A stretch of 29,129 nucleotides of DNA from Planctomycetota bacterium. GTDB lineage: Bacteria > Planctomycetota > GCA-002687715 > DRQF01. Position numbers and translations under genes: made by a program. Of the stretch, positions 8,329-17,758 are shown one piece after another (position 1 is the first letter of the stretch; each line of letters begins with the position of its first letter). The stretch is from assembly GCA_036479435.1 (NCBI GenBank), contig JAZGFI010000282.1, positions 1-29,129 on the forward strand, written 5' to 3'. The notes under the pieces were generated by a model, which was not told the origin of the DNA, did not search any database, and saw only the letters and a list, made by a program, of their open reading frames with translations.

Positions 8329-10560
8329 TTAAAGGGCGGCTTTGCGTTGGCGGCGTTGAATGACGGTCACGATGCCGATGAGAGCTAACAATCCGATCGG
8401 CACTAAGAAATTCCAAAGCTGAATGCGCTCCGCTTCGCCGTCTTCGAGGCGCTCGAGGGGACGATAGCTACGGCCGCGGTTGCGAATGCGGATAAGATCG
8501 TCGTCTTCGAGCATCCACCCGATGGCATCGAGCATGAAGCGCTGATTGAGTGAGAAGAGTCCATAGGGCGGGCCGATGTTTTGGCTAAGGCCCGCCTCCA
8601 TGTCGTCTAGCCAGTCGTCGTTTCCGACCACGATGACGCGGGTGCGTCGGGACAACTTGAGCGGTGCCGTGGCTTGAGTTTTGGGTTCTTTGTGCTCGCT
8701 CTCTTTGCCGTCTTCATCGGCGTCGTGCTTTTCGTCGCCCTCTTTCTCGTGCTCGTCACCATCTTGGTGTTCTTCGTCGTCGGCATGCTCAGAGTCAAGC
8801 GAGCCCGGAATGCTCCGCTTTGCCCAGTACGAGGGGAATTCGCCCTCGAGCAAGACTGCGAAGACCCGCTGCTTGAGTTCTTTCTCCGATGGGACCGCAA
8901 CACCCGTATCGGGGTACTTATCGACAATGGGCGCCAGAGACTGACTGGGATCGACCGTCCAAGTTCGCTCTGACGAGCGCAAAAGCCAAGTCGAGTCAAT
9001 TCCCTTTTTGTCGGTGATGGTCAACGGCGACGGAAAACGCAGCCGTGCCAATTCAAACCCGGACATGAACGGCGCGTCGCGATTGGCCGTGCTACTCTCG
9101 CGACCAAGCTGCGGGAAGGCAGCCCATCTAAAGTTGACCGTACGCTGGCGCGTGCCGGCCCGCCCGACGGCCCAAAAGAACTCACCGGCGTTGTCGGCAT
9201 CCATGGCGATGTCTTTGCCAACTTCAACACCCCAACTGGCCAATAGGTTCTCAAGGCCGCTATCGCGGGCCGAGCTGGTTAGAGCGAAGGCCTGCTGAAA
9301 TTCGGCGTGGTGGCGGTCGGTCAAAAAGATCGCTTTGCCACCGGACATGATGTACTGGTCGATGGCGTAGGCGCCTTTTTCTTCGATGCGGTCTCGCCCG
9401 GTGACAATCAAGACGTCGATTTCCGGTGGCACGCTGCTGAGCGTCCCGGCGTCGAGGCTGCGGACTTCATACTCATCGCTTAGCATCGCTTCGAGCTGCG
9501 CGAAGGGGGCGCGTGGCGCCCCTCCCCGCATCCCCATCATGGGATTCGGCGGCGGCGGGGATTTCTGCACGATTCCGATCGTGCGCAGGCTGCCCGGCGA
9601 AAGACGGCGAAAGTAGCCCTCGAACTGGCTTTTCAGATCAAACTCGCTGAAGGGACCATCCAGGGTCAGTAAGGGCAAAAGATTGGCGGGCTTGCCGTCG
9701 ATCTCAATTTTCGCCCACAGGTAAAAGGCCTGATCGGACAAAGGGAATGAGATGGGGCGCACGCCGGCGCTGGCCATCAACATGCGCTGGCCGTCTTCAT
9801 CTTTGGGGATGAGTTGGGGGCGATACTCCAACTTGCCCCCGGCTTCCGCCGTTAGCTCTTCAAAGACTTTCTTGGCCTCGGCGGGAAACTTCGCGAAGGA
9901 CTCCGGAAGCTCCTCTGCGGCCGAGATCCAGGTGCTGATGACGGCCTTCCCCCCAAAGCGTGCAAAGACGCCCCGTTGGTTTTCGAATCCGTGTACCACT
10001 TTCTTGATCGCTCGGGTCAAGGCGAACTCAACGCTCTTGAGCTGTACCTTAGGTTCGCGATCGAAGACACTGCCTTGACTGACGAGGTCCTGGTACGGAA
10101 TCGTCTCCGGTCGCGTCCCCGCGTATTCGACGGCGATGCCGAAGAAAAAGGAACGCACGCCTTGTTCGCTCTTGCCTTTGAACAAAAAAGCGAGCGGCTG
10201 AATGTTGTAGGTGTCCTGCGCTTTGCGCTCGGCATCTTCGTCGTCTTCAGGAACGTAGAAACTCACGCGCACGCGACCGTCAGATCGCGCGCCGTATTCT
10301 CGCAACAGATCTTGGATCTGGGGGACGACGGGGCGCAACTCCTCCGGCAAGTTCTCGTCTTTGGATAAAAAGACTTTGACGACCACTTCTTCATCAAGGC
10401 TGCCGATGATCCCCTCGGTGACTTTGGACAACGAGTAGATCTTGCCCTCGGTCAAATCGGCCCGCATCGAGTTGGAGCGCTGCAAGATGAGGTTGAAGAA
10501 CGCGACGTTGACGACCACGAAGGCGACGCCGATCCAAATTTGTAGTTTTAGATTCGTCAT
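8329..10560 (-). CDS. GldG-family ABC-type uncharacterised transport system component
   Basis: N-terminal TM, RADLTEGKIYSLS, DLLREY, YAIDQYIMSGGKAIFL, RVIVVGNDDWL, NQRFMLDAIGWM..DDDLIRIR.R, C-terminal TM followed by RRQRK. Start placed at ATG 10560. Confidence 0.9.
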   Translation of the reverse strand: MTNLKLQIWIGVAFVVVNVAFFNLILQRSNSMRADLTEGKIYSLSKVTEGIIGSLDEEVVVKVFLSKDENLPEELRPVVPQIQDLLREYGARSDGRVRVSFYVPEDDEDAERKAQDTYNIQPLAFLFKGKSEQGVRSFFFGIAVEYAGTRPETIPYQDLVSQGSVFDREPKVQLKSVEFALTRAIKKVVHGFENQRGVFARFGGKAVISTWISAAEELPESFAKFPAEAKKVFEELTAEAGGKLEYRPQLIPKDEDGQRMLMASAGVRPISFPLSDQAFYLWAKIEIDGKPANLLPLLTLDGPFSEFDLKSQFEGYFRRLSPGSLRTIGIVQKSPPPPNPMMGMRGGAPRAPFAQLEAMLSDEYEVRSLDAGTLSSVPPEIDVLIVTGRDRIEEKGAYAIDQYIMSGGKAIFLTDRHHAEFQQAFALTSSARDSGLENLLASWGVEVGKDIAMDADNAGEFFWAVGRAGTRQRTVNFRWAAFPQLGRESSTANRDAPFMSGFELARLRFPSPLTITDKKGIDSTWLLRSSERTWTVDPSQSLAPIVDKYPDTGVAVPSEKELKQRVFAVLLEGEFPSYWAKRSIPGSLDSEHADDEEHQDGDEHEKEGDEKHDADEDGKESEHKEPKTQATAPLKLSRRTRVIVVGNDDWLDDMEAGLSQNIGPPYGLFSLNQRFMLDAIGWMLEDDDLIRIRNRGRSYRPLERLEDGEAERIQLWNFLVPIGLLALIGIVTVIQRRQRKAAL

Positions 10561-10562
10561 GA

Positions 10563-11294
10563 TCAGGCCCACCTTTGGAGTCGCAGGCGACAAGTATTTA
10601 AGTAGAGAAAAAGTCCGGTAACTGAAAGGTAGTAAGCGACGTCTCTAAAGTCGAGGACGCCACGTTCGATGGAGTCAAAGCGACTCCAAAAACCAACGAA
10701 TCCGAGGGTGTCGGCCAAGGTCTTCGAAATATCCGTCGCCCAGAAAAGCACGGACTCGTGACTGATAGCGGCCATGAATACGCAGATCATCCAGCCGGTG
10801 ATCAGCGCCACAAACTGGTCTGTGAACCAGCTCGATACCAACAGGCCAATGGCGATGTAGGCCGAGCCCAACAACAAGGCGGCGCAATAACCGCCGACGA
10901 CGGGGCCCCAGTCAAGATCGCCAAGAGATGAGGCCGTGATCGGAATGCCCAGGGTGAACAATAGGGCGACGAAGACGAGCGCCAAACAGCCGAAGAACTT
11001 CCCCAAGACCAGTTCCGAGGTACTCGCTGGCAGCGTGAGAAGTAGCTCAATGCTTCCCATTTCACGTTCACGCGCCCATTGGCGCATGGTCAGGCCGGGG
11101 ACGAGAATGGCCAAAGTGAGCGGTAGCCATTCAAACAACCCGCGGATCTCAGCCCGTCCACGGCCAAAGAACTCGGCGTGGAAGAAAAAGAACCAAAGGC
11201 TCGCCATGACAAAAACCAAGATGAAAAAGTAGGCCACCCAGGAGCTAAAGAAGCTCTTGAATTCTTTGGCGGCAAGGACGCAAATCCGGCTCAA
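10563..11294 (-). CDS. ABC-2 permease, GldF-like
   Basis: KEFKSFFSS..AY, TMRQWAREREMGSIELLLTLP, LVLGKF, DWGPVVGGY, RGVLDFRDVAYY; multiple TM helices; TTG start overlapping the upstream stop. Confidence 0.92.
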   Translation of the reverse strand: MSRICVLAAKEFKSFFSSWVAYFFILVFVMASLWFFFFHAEFFGRGRAEIRGLFEWLPLTLAILVPGLTMRQWAREREMGSIELLLTLPASTSELVLGKFFGCLALVFVALLFTLGIPITASSLGDLDWGPVVGGYCAALLLGSAYIAIGLLVSSWFTDQFVALITGWMICVFMAAISHESVLFWATDISKTLADTLGFVGFWSRFDSIERGVLDFRDVAYYLSVTGLFLYLNTCRLRLQRWA

Positions 11295-12217
11295 GACTTT
11301 TCACCTCCGGCGGCGCGACTGGCTTCGCGGAAAACGTTCTCTAAGCTGCGCCGCTCGCGGGCGAGTTCGGCAACTTGCCAACCTTGTTCGACGGCGAGCG
11401 CGAACAGTGTGGGGGCAAGATCAGCGTTGTTTTTGGACTCAATCCAAAACTCACGCTTGTCGTTCGACGCCTCGACTTTTACCACCTCGTCAAGTCCCTC
11501 GAGCTTCTTCAAGACTCCGTCCGTCGTTTTGGACAGGGCGAGTCTTGTGCGCTGCCCACCGGACAAAGTTTCGATCTTCTCATCGACGGCGAGACGCCCG
11601 GCGACGATCATGATCGCACGCGAACAAGTCTCTTCGACCTCGGAGAGGATGTGCGTCGAAAGGATGACGGTCTTGTTGCGACCAAGCTCTTGAATGAGAT
11701 CTCTGATCTCGACGATCTGGTTGGGGTCAAGGCCCGAAGTCGGTTCGTCGAGAATGAGGATGTCGGGGTCGTGAATGATGGCCTGAGCGATGCCGACACG
11801 CTGGCGAAATCCCTTCGATAGCTGGCGGATGGGGCGTTGGATCACGCTCCTAAGATCACAGGCGGCCGCCGCAGTGCGCAAGCGCACTGCAAGCTGGCTT
11901 CCTCTTAGCCCGCGCATCTTGCCCATGAAGGACAAGTAGTCCTGCACGACCATTTCGGGGTAGAGCGGGTTGTTCTCCGGCAAGTAGCCGATGCGCGCCT
12001 GGGCGTGGATCGGATCGGACAGGACGTCTTTGCCGTCCACGACGAGCTTTCCGCTCGTAGGCGCGAGATACCCGGTGATCATCTTCATGGTGGTGGTCTT
12101 GCCGGCCCCGTTGGGCCCGACCAATCCGATGATCTCGCCCCGGTCCACCTGGAAGGAGATCCCGTGGACCGCGACGACATCGCCGTAGCGCTTGGTGACC
12201 TCGATTAGTTCAATCAT
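11291..12217 (-). CDS. ABC transporter ATP-binding protein, GldA-like
   Basis: Walker A GPNGAGKTT, signature LSKGFRQR, Walker B ILILDEPTSGLDP, H-loop STH, C-terminal SLENVF. Confidence 0.95.
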   Translation of the reverse strand: MIELIEVTKRYGDVVAVHGISFQVDRGEIIGLVGPNGAGKTTTMKMITGYLAPTSGKLVVDGKDVLSDPIHAQARIGYLPENNPLYPEMVVQDYLSFMGKMRGLRGSQLAVRLRTAAAACDLRSVIQRPIRQLSKGFRQRVGIAQAIIHDPDILILDEPTSGLDPNQIVEIRDLIQELGRNKTVILSTHILSEVEETCSRAIMIVAGRLAVDEKIETLSGGQRTRLALSKTTDGVLKKLEGLDEVVKVEASNDKREFWIESKNNADLAPTLFALAVEQGWQVAELARERRSLENVFREASRAAGGEKS

Positions 12218-12383
12218 GAGCAGTACTTCGTCCCATCGTATCGGTGTTTCGATGTCCTCGCCCGGTCATGGCTCTTTTTGGAGCTGCCTCGGACGTTCTC
12301 AAAGGTGGCAATCATAGCCGTTAATTCAAGCTCTTGAGGCCGCGAATTCAAACTGGCGCCGAAGTCTCGCCCGATGGCGTAGG

Positions 12384-13787
12384 ATGCGCGCGATGAAGAT
12401 CCTCTTGCCCGTCCACATCTACCTACCCCAACACCGTGCCGGGGTAGAAAACTACACGCACCAGTTGGCTCGTGCTTTGGGTGAACGACACGAGGTCATG
12501 GTGCTCACCACCGAGAAGGTGATCTCTCGCAATACGGGCTCGGCCCGCGAGTACTCCCTTAATGGGGTGAAGATCACGGCAGTCGTCAATAACCTCTGTT
12601 TTGATGACTATGCCGAGAGTTGGTCTTCAGCGGCGCTGGCAGCGAGTTTTCGCAAGATTTGCGATGATTTTGCCCCCGATGTGGTCCACGCCCAACATTT
12701 GATGTATTGGTCATTGGCTTTGCCGCGAATCGTGGCTGAAATGGGCCGACCCTTCGTCCTGACCCTCCATGACTATTTTTTGGCCTGCGGGCGGCTCGGT
12801 CAACTGGTGAACGCCGATGGCGAGATGTGTCCGGGGCCCTCCCCAGAGCGTTGCGCGCCCTGCCTGGGCCGCACCTCCTGGCGCCAGTCCGAAAGAGCCT
12901 CAAAGTGGATCGGTCGCCTTCAGGCCCTGCGTCGGGCTACCGGCATTGCCCTCGACGATCCGATGCGCGCGCTCGAGCGACTGGGAAGCCGGGTTCGCGT
13001 GGGATCTCGGTCGTCCATGCCGAACGCAACGGCCGCGCCGGATCTGGATTTGTGGCAAAAGCGCTATCAAGCTCGGCGCCGGGCCTTTTTGGCATTGTCC
13101 GAAGACGTTGATCTTTTTGTGACCCCATCGAAAACGCTGCTTCAATTCATGGTCAAATGGGGCTTGCCTCCAAACAAGACGCGCCAGGTGCCCCAAGGAC
13201 TCGATCACCGGCTCTTTGAAAACTCGAAACCGAGAACGAAGCCGGCGTCGGGTCGATTGCGCCTTGGATACCTCGGCACCATCGCGCCCCACAAAGGACT
13301 TCACATCCTCATGGAGGCGGTGGCTAAGTTGAATGCTGATGAGGTCGAGCTTGCGATCTTCGGCCCGGCATCTCAGCACCGTAAATATGAGGCCGAGTTA
13401 AGGACGCGCTTTGCCGGATGTTCCCAAATCCAATTCATGGGGGCCTTGCCGCGCAAGGAAATCCCCGCCGCCTACGAGGCACTTGATCTTTTGTGCGTGC
13501 CGTCTTTGTGGAACGAATGCTGCCCCTTGACGATTCAGGAGGCGGCGATGGCTCGGGTGCCCAGTTTGGTTTCCGGCATCGGCGGCATGGCCGAACTCGT
13601 CCGCGATGGCGTTGACGGACGTCACCTCGCCCCGGGCGACGTCGATGCTTGGGAATCTTGCCTGAAAGAACTCATTGCAGATTCATCGTTGGTGACGGCT
13701 ATGGCGACGAAGACGAGGCCGCCGATCCGCCTCGACGAACATGTGAGGACTTTGGAGGCGATCTACGGCGAGCTAAAAGCCAACTAA
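12384..13787 (+). CDS. Glycosyltransferase family 4 (GT-B)
   Basis: PQHRAGVENY, PDVVHAQHL, LTLHDYF, LGTIAPHKG, VPSLWNECCPLTIQEA, GGMAELV. The start may be 12393. Confidence 0.92.
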   Translation: MRAMKILLPVHIYLPQHRAGVENYTHQLARALGERHEVMVLTTEKVISRNTGSAREYSLNGVKITAVVNNLCFDDYAESWSSAALAASFRKICDDFAPDVVHAQHLMYWSLALPRIVAEMGRPFVLTLHDYFLACGRLGQLVNADGEMCPGPSPERCAPCLGRTSWRQSERASKWIGRLQALRRATGIALDDPMRALERLGSRVRVGSRSSMPNATAAPDLDLWQKRYQARRRAFLALSEDVDLFVTPSKTLLQFMVKWGLPPNKTRQVPQGLDHRLFENSKPRTKPASGRLRLGYLGTIAPHKGLHILMEAVAKLNADEVELAIFGPASQHRKYEAELRTRFAGCSQIQFMGALPRKEIPAAYEALDLLCVPSLWNECCPLTIQEAAMARVPSLVSGIGGMAELVRDGVDGRHLAPGDVDAWESCLKELIADSSLVTAMATKTRPPIRLDEHVRTLEAIYGELKAN

Positions 13788-13804
13788 GGCTGCCGATAGT
13801 CGCG

Positions 13805-14851
13805 CTACCAAAGGGCACTCAGGACTCGATCCAAGCCGCGTTGCAACTTCGGGATCATCCCCTTGCGTTCAATGAGGGGCGAGACGGTCAAAGGGTCTGC
13901 CGTTAACAACTGACGATCCGACACCCGGCGGCTTTTTTGAATGACCCGGCGTTCGGCCCAAAGCTCAGGAAGGAGCTTCAGCCAAGCAAGTTTGCCACTT
14001 ATCCAGGCTAAGGTGCTGCCGTTCTTCAGGGCGAAAAAGAAGTAAGCACCTTCGTAGAGCAAGATCCCCGGTAGCCCCAGCACCAGCGTGCTCGCGGCGG
14101 CGCACTTGGTCAACACAATCCAACGATTGCGGCTGTGAAGAAAAACGCGCTGCGGCGTGTACTGACCTTTTTCGCGAAACGAAATCCCCGCCGTTCCCTC
14201 GCGGTGCAACAGCCGAGCCTTGGGGGCGTGGATGATGCGATAGCCGCGCATCCGAACGCGGTAGGAAAAATCGTGATCTTCAAAGAGGATGAAGTGCCTC
14301 TTGTCGTAGGCGCCGACCTCCAGACATTTGTCACGATCCAGCAGCAAGGCCACCGAGATCGCCGCCCCCAGGTCACTGTATTTGTCCGAAGCTTCGCTCA
14401 CCGGACGGTAAAAGTTTCGGAGCGTCATGATCCCCGCGTAGTGCATGTCCGCGCCGTCGTAGTGAATCAAGGTCGGATCGGCATCGAAAAGGGCCCGCGG
14501 TTGCACGATGGCGACGTCATCGGCCAGACCCTTCAAGAGTTCTTCGAGGCAGTTGGGCTCGAGCATCGCGTCGTTGTCGATCGACAAGACGTAGCGGGTC
14601 TGAGCTGCTTCGAGGCCGGCGTTTCGCGCGGCCGACGGGCCGTCGTTTGAGTCGAGTTGCAAGACTTCAACATCGGGGTGCTGGTCCACAAGGTACTCGA
14701 CACTGCCATCGGTGGAAGCGTTGTCCACCACGATGACCCGGGCGGGCGTTACCGTCTGAGTCTGAACCGCGGCAATGCAGGGCTGAAGGTAGTGCTGACC
14801 ATTCCAGTTGGTGATGGTCACCGTCACGTCTTGTCCCATCGGTTTCGTCAT
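13805..14851 (-). CDS. Glycosyltransferase family 2 (RfbF/WbbL-like)
   Basis: ITNWNG, VVDNASTDGS, N.GPSAARNAG, DND metal-binding motif, FILFEDHDFSYR, RNRW. Confidence 0.92.
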   Translation of the reverse strand: MTKPMGQDVTVTITNWNGQHYLQPCIAAVQTQTVTPARVIVVDNASTDGSVEYLVDQHPDVEVLQLDSNDGPSAARNAGLEAAQTRYVLSIDNDAMLEPNCLEELLKGLADDVAIVQPRALFDADPTLIHYDGADMHYAGIMTLRNFYRPVSEASDKYSDLGAAISVALLLDRDKCLEVGAYDKRHFILFEDHDFSYRVRMRGYRIIHAPKARLLHREGTAGISFREKGQYTPQRVFLHSRNRWIVLTKCAAASTLVLGLPGILLYEGAYFFFALKNGSTLAWISGKLAWLKLLPELWAERRVIQKSRRVSDRQLLTADPLTVSPLIERKGMIPKLQRGLDRVLSALW

Positions 14852-14898
14852 GAGGCTTGTGCTATAAGCAATCCGGTCGGTCTGCGCGAGGTGCCTCT

Positions 14899-16263
14899 TT
14901 GAAGATCTTGAAGGTCACGCATGGTTTTCCGCCAGACCAAATGGCGGGCGCTGAGATCTACGCCTTCAATCTGGCCCGCGAGATGAAGGCCCGTGCCTTA
15001 GACATATCGGTCCTCAGCCCCGCCCATCGTAAGGGCGTTCCCGAGTATTCCGTGGTCGAAGAGATCTATCAGGATCTCCGGGTGTTGCGGCTCAATAATA
15101 ACTACACCGCTCTGCACGCCCTGGATCTTAGCTACGCCGACCCCGATCTTGAGGCGCGCTTTGATGAAGTCCTCGCCAGTGAAAAGCCCGACATCATCCA
15201 CCTTCATCACACGATTGGAACCACCGCCAATTCTGCAACGATTGCCAAAGCCCGCGGCATCCCCGTCGTCCTGACACTTCACGATTTTTGGTTCCACTGT
15301 CCGCGTGGCCAACGCATGACGCCGCGCCGGCATTTGTGCAAAGAAGTTCAGCCCTGGCGATGCGCTTTATGCGTGGCCAAAAAACGCGGCCGCTACGGCT
15401 TTGACTGGCTGCATTCTTTTTTGGCCGGTACTAGCCGAGACGCCATCGGGAAGAACGCCTTGAGTCGGGCGGTGGAAGTGCTGCCTAGGCTCGCGGGGCA
15501 AGTCTTCCGCGAGGCGGGAACGGCGCCGATCAAACGACGCCAGCGAGTGATGGTTAAAAACTTGGCAGCCGTCGATCTCATCTTGGCGCCCTCGCGTTTT
15601 ATTGCCGATGAGTACATCCGCCAGGGGGCTCCCGCCGATCGCGTCGTGTTCTCCGAGTACGGCATGGACCACAGTCGCTTTGAGCAAATGAAAACCAAGG
15701 CGCGAAAACCCGGCGATCCCATCCGATTTGCTTTCACCGGAACCTTGCTGCAGACCAAAGGCATCGAGTTGTTGATCAAGGCCTTTCAAGGCATTCCGTT
15801 TGGCGCCGCGACCTTGGATCTTCACGGTTCGGCCCAGGGGCCAGACCCGCTGGGCTATACCGTTCGCTTGAAATCCATGAACCAACATCCGGGCCTTCGT
15901 TTCCGCGGCCGCTTCGACAATCTCAACATTGCAGAAATCATGGCTGAAATCGATGTGCTCTGCGTCCCAAGTTTATGGTGGGAAAATGCTCCCTTAACCC
16001 TGCACGAAGCCGCGATGTCCAATACTGCAGTCGTGACGTCCGGCCACGGCGGGATGGCAGAATTCGTCGAAAGATTCGGTAACGGTCTCACTTTCGAGCC
16101 CGGAAGCGAAGATTCTTTGGCCGCCACCCTGCGGCGCTTCCTCGACGAACCAGACTTGCTCTCTTTTTGTTCGACGCCCAAGCGGCCCGTCCGAAGCGTC
16201 GCCGAGGACGTCGATGGTCTGGTTGAGCACTACCAAAGGCTTTTATCTATACGTCCGAGCTGA
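14899..16263 (+). CDS. Glycosyltransferase family 4 (GT-B)
   Basis: TTG 14899 with GAGGTG RBS; HGFPPDQMAGAEIY, PDIIHLHH, LTLHDFW, TKG, VPSLWWENAPLTLHEA; paralogous to the GT4 at 12384. Confidence 0.92.
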   Translation: MKILKVTHGFPPDQMAGAEIYAFNLAREMKARALDISVLSPAHRKGVPEYSVVEEIYQDLRVLRLNNNYTALHALDLSYADPDLEARFDEVLASEKPDIIHLHHTIGTTANSATIAKARGIPVVLTLHDFWFHCPRGQRMTPRRHLCKEVQPWRCALCVAKKRGRYGFDWLHSFLAGTSRDAIGKNALSRAVEVLPRLAGQVFREAGTAPIKRRQRVMVKNLAAVDLILAPSRFIADEYIRQGAPADRVVFSEYGMDHSRFEQMKTKARKPGDPIRFAFTGTLLQTKGIELLIKAFQGIPFGAATLDLHGSAQGPDPLGYTVRLKSMNQHPGLRFRGRFDNLNIAEIMAEIDVLCVPSLWWENAPLTLHEAAMSNTAVVTSGHGGMAEFVERFGNGLTFEPGSEDSLAATLRRFLDEPDLLSFCSTPKRPVRSVAEDVDGLVEHYQRLLSIRPS

Positions 16264-16321
16264 GGCGGCTATTATCCAAGCCTTGTCCAAATGTTGGCCG
16301 ATCCACTTGGAAATCTTCAAC

Positions 16322-17371
16322 ATGAGCCAACGATCCCTTGATCGACGCACTTTCCTCAGCACCGGAGTGGTGGCGGCGACCGGCGCCTTTCACTACCGAC
16401 CCCGCCGCAAGGCCCCTGCGGGCATTGTGCGCAAGGTCGCTCCGGCTGCGGTTTGCAGCAGCAACGGCCAGCCCTATCTCGAAGAGACCCTCGAGCGTTT
16501 AGCGCGCGGCGACGACACTCTCGATGTTGCCGTCTGGGCCGTTAGCAACGTCGAGAAAGACCCGAAGGACATGAGTGTCGGCTACGGCGGCTACCCGAAC
16601 GAGGACGGCATCGTCGAACTCGATTCCTGTTGCATGCACGGCCCCAGTAACAACTGTGGCAGTGTCGCTTCGCTCCGCAACATCAAAACCCCCGCCGCGG
16701 TGGCGCGTGATGTTTTGTGGACTACCGACCACGTGATGTTGGTCGGCGAAGGGGCGCTGCGATTCGCCAAGTCGAGAGGCTTCAAAGAAGAAGACCTCCT
16801 CACCGAGCCCGCCCGCCGCGCTTGGCTTAGGTGGCGCGCTCGCCGCTCAAAAACCGACGATTGGCTCGAGGATTGGGAAAAGCGTCCTCAAAAAGAAAAA
16901 GACAAACCGAGTGGTAAGCGGGAAACCGGCACCATCAACTTCGACTGCTGCAATGCCAAGGGCGAAGTCTCTGGCGTCACGACCACCAGCGGCCTCGCCT
17001 TCAAGATCCCCGGCCGCGTCGGCGACTCACCCATCATCGGTGCCGGCCTCTACGTCGACGGAGCCTACGGCGCGGCCGGCAGTGCCGGCCGCGGTGAATC
17101 GGTCATCCAAGCCTGTGCCTCCCACGTCATCATCGAAGCCCTCCGCCGCGGCCTCCATCCCACCGACGCCTGCCTCGAAGCCACCAAACGCATCATCGAG
17201 ATGAACAAGGTTCCCTACCTTCGCGACGAAAAGGGCCTTCCCAACTTCCAAGCCCAATTTTACGCCGTTGACGTCAAGGGTCGCGTCGGCGCCGCCTCCC
17301 TCAAACCATCCAAATTCGCCTGCGCCGACGCCAAGGGCGTCCGCCGCATGGATTGCGCCACCCCAAGTTAA
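16322..17371 (+). CDS. N(4)-(beta-N-acetylglucosaminyl)-L-asparaginase / isoaspartyl peptidase family (Ntn hydrolase), Tat-exported
   Basis: DRRTFL twin-arginine motif; SVGYGGYPNEDG.VELD, HVMLVGEGA, G/TIN nucleophile site, TTTSGLAFKIPGRVGDSPIIGAG, G.GE. Start placed at ATG 16322. Confidence 0.9.
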   Translation: MSQRSLDRRTFLSTGVVAATGAFHYRPRRKAPAGIVRKVAPAAVCSSNGQPYLEETLERLARGDDTLDVAVWAVSNVEKDPKDMSVGYGGYPNEDGIVELDSCCMHGPSNNCGSVASLRNIKTPAAVARDVLWTTDHVMLVGEGALRFAKSRGFKEEDLLTEPARRAWLRWRARRSKTDDWLEDWEKRPQKEKDKPSGKRETGTINFDCCNAKGEVSGVTTTSGLAFKIPGRVGDSPIIGAGLYVDGAYGAAGSAGRGESVIQACASHVIIEALRRGLHPTDACLEATKRIIEMNKVPYLRDEKGLPNFQAQFYAVDVKGRVGAASLKPSKFACADAKGVRRMDCATPS

Positions 17372-17758
17372 GGACCCCGAGGAATCTGGACCTAGGACCA
17401 TCGCGCCGGACGCCCTTAGTGTACTAACCTTGTTGACTCGGGGGCGGGCGTCTGTAGTTCCGTCGTTGTCGCTGGCAGCCCCAAAAACTGAAGAAGATCA
17501 AACGAAGAAGTACCTGAAGTTGACCTAGGTCCTTCAGACACCATAGTCGTTTTCCATGATTCCGCCGGAGGTTCGTTGGCAGGCGTGCCGGGTGGACTCG
17601 CCGTGATCGCATCGTCACTAGCAACCGGCTTGTTTTTCCGGCGCCATTTCCAGCTCTTCCGAGTGTCCTTCACAACCGGTGAGTGACGACTACAAAGAGT
17701 GGGGGAAGTCGGAGTCTGAGGATTTAGTTGGTGATTGTCGACGGAGCCTTGAGCAACC

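Noticed and set aside
13774..13799. Second sigma28-like motif TAAA-N14-GCCGATAG
   Set aside because: Short spacer, overlaps the GT4 stop and points antisense into the GT2; probably chance.
17416..17673. 85-aa minus-strand ORF downstream of DUF4276
   Set aside because: GTG start without an RBS, disordered composition and no motif; cannot be supported as a third gene of the module.
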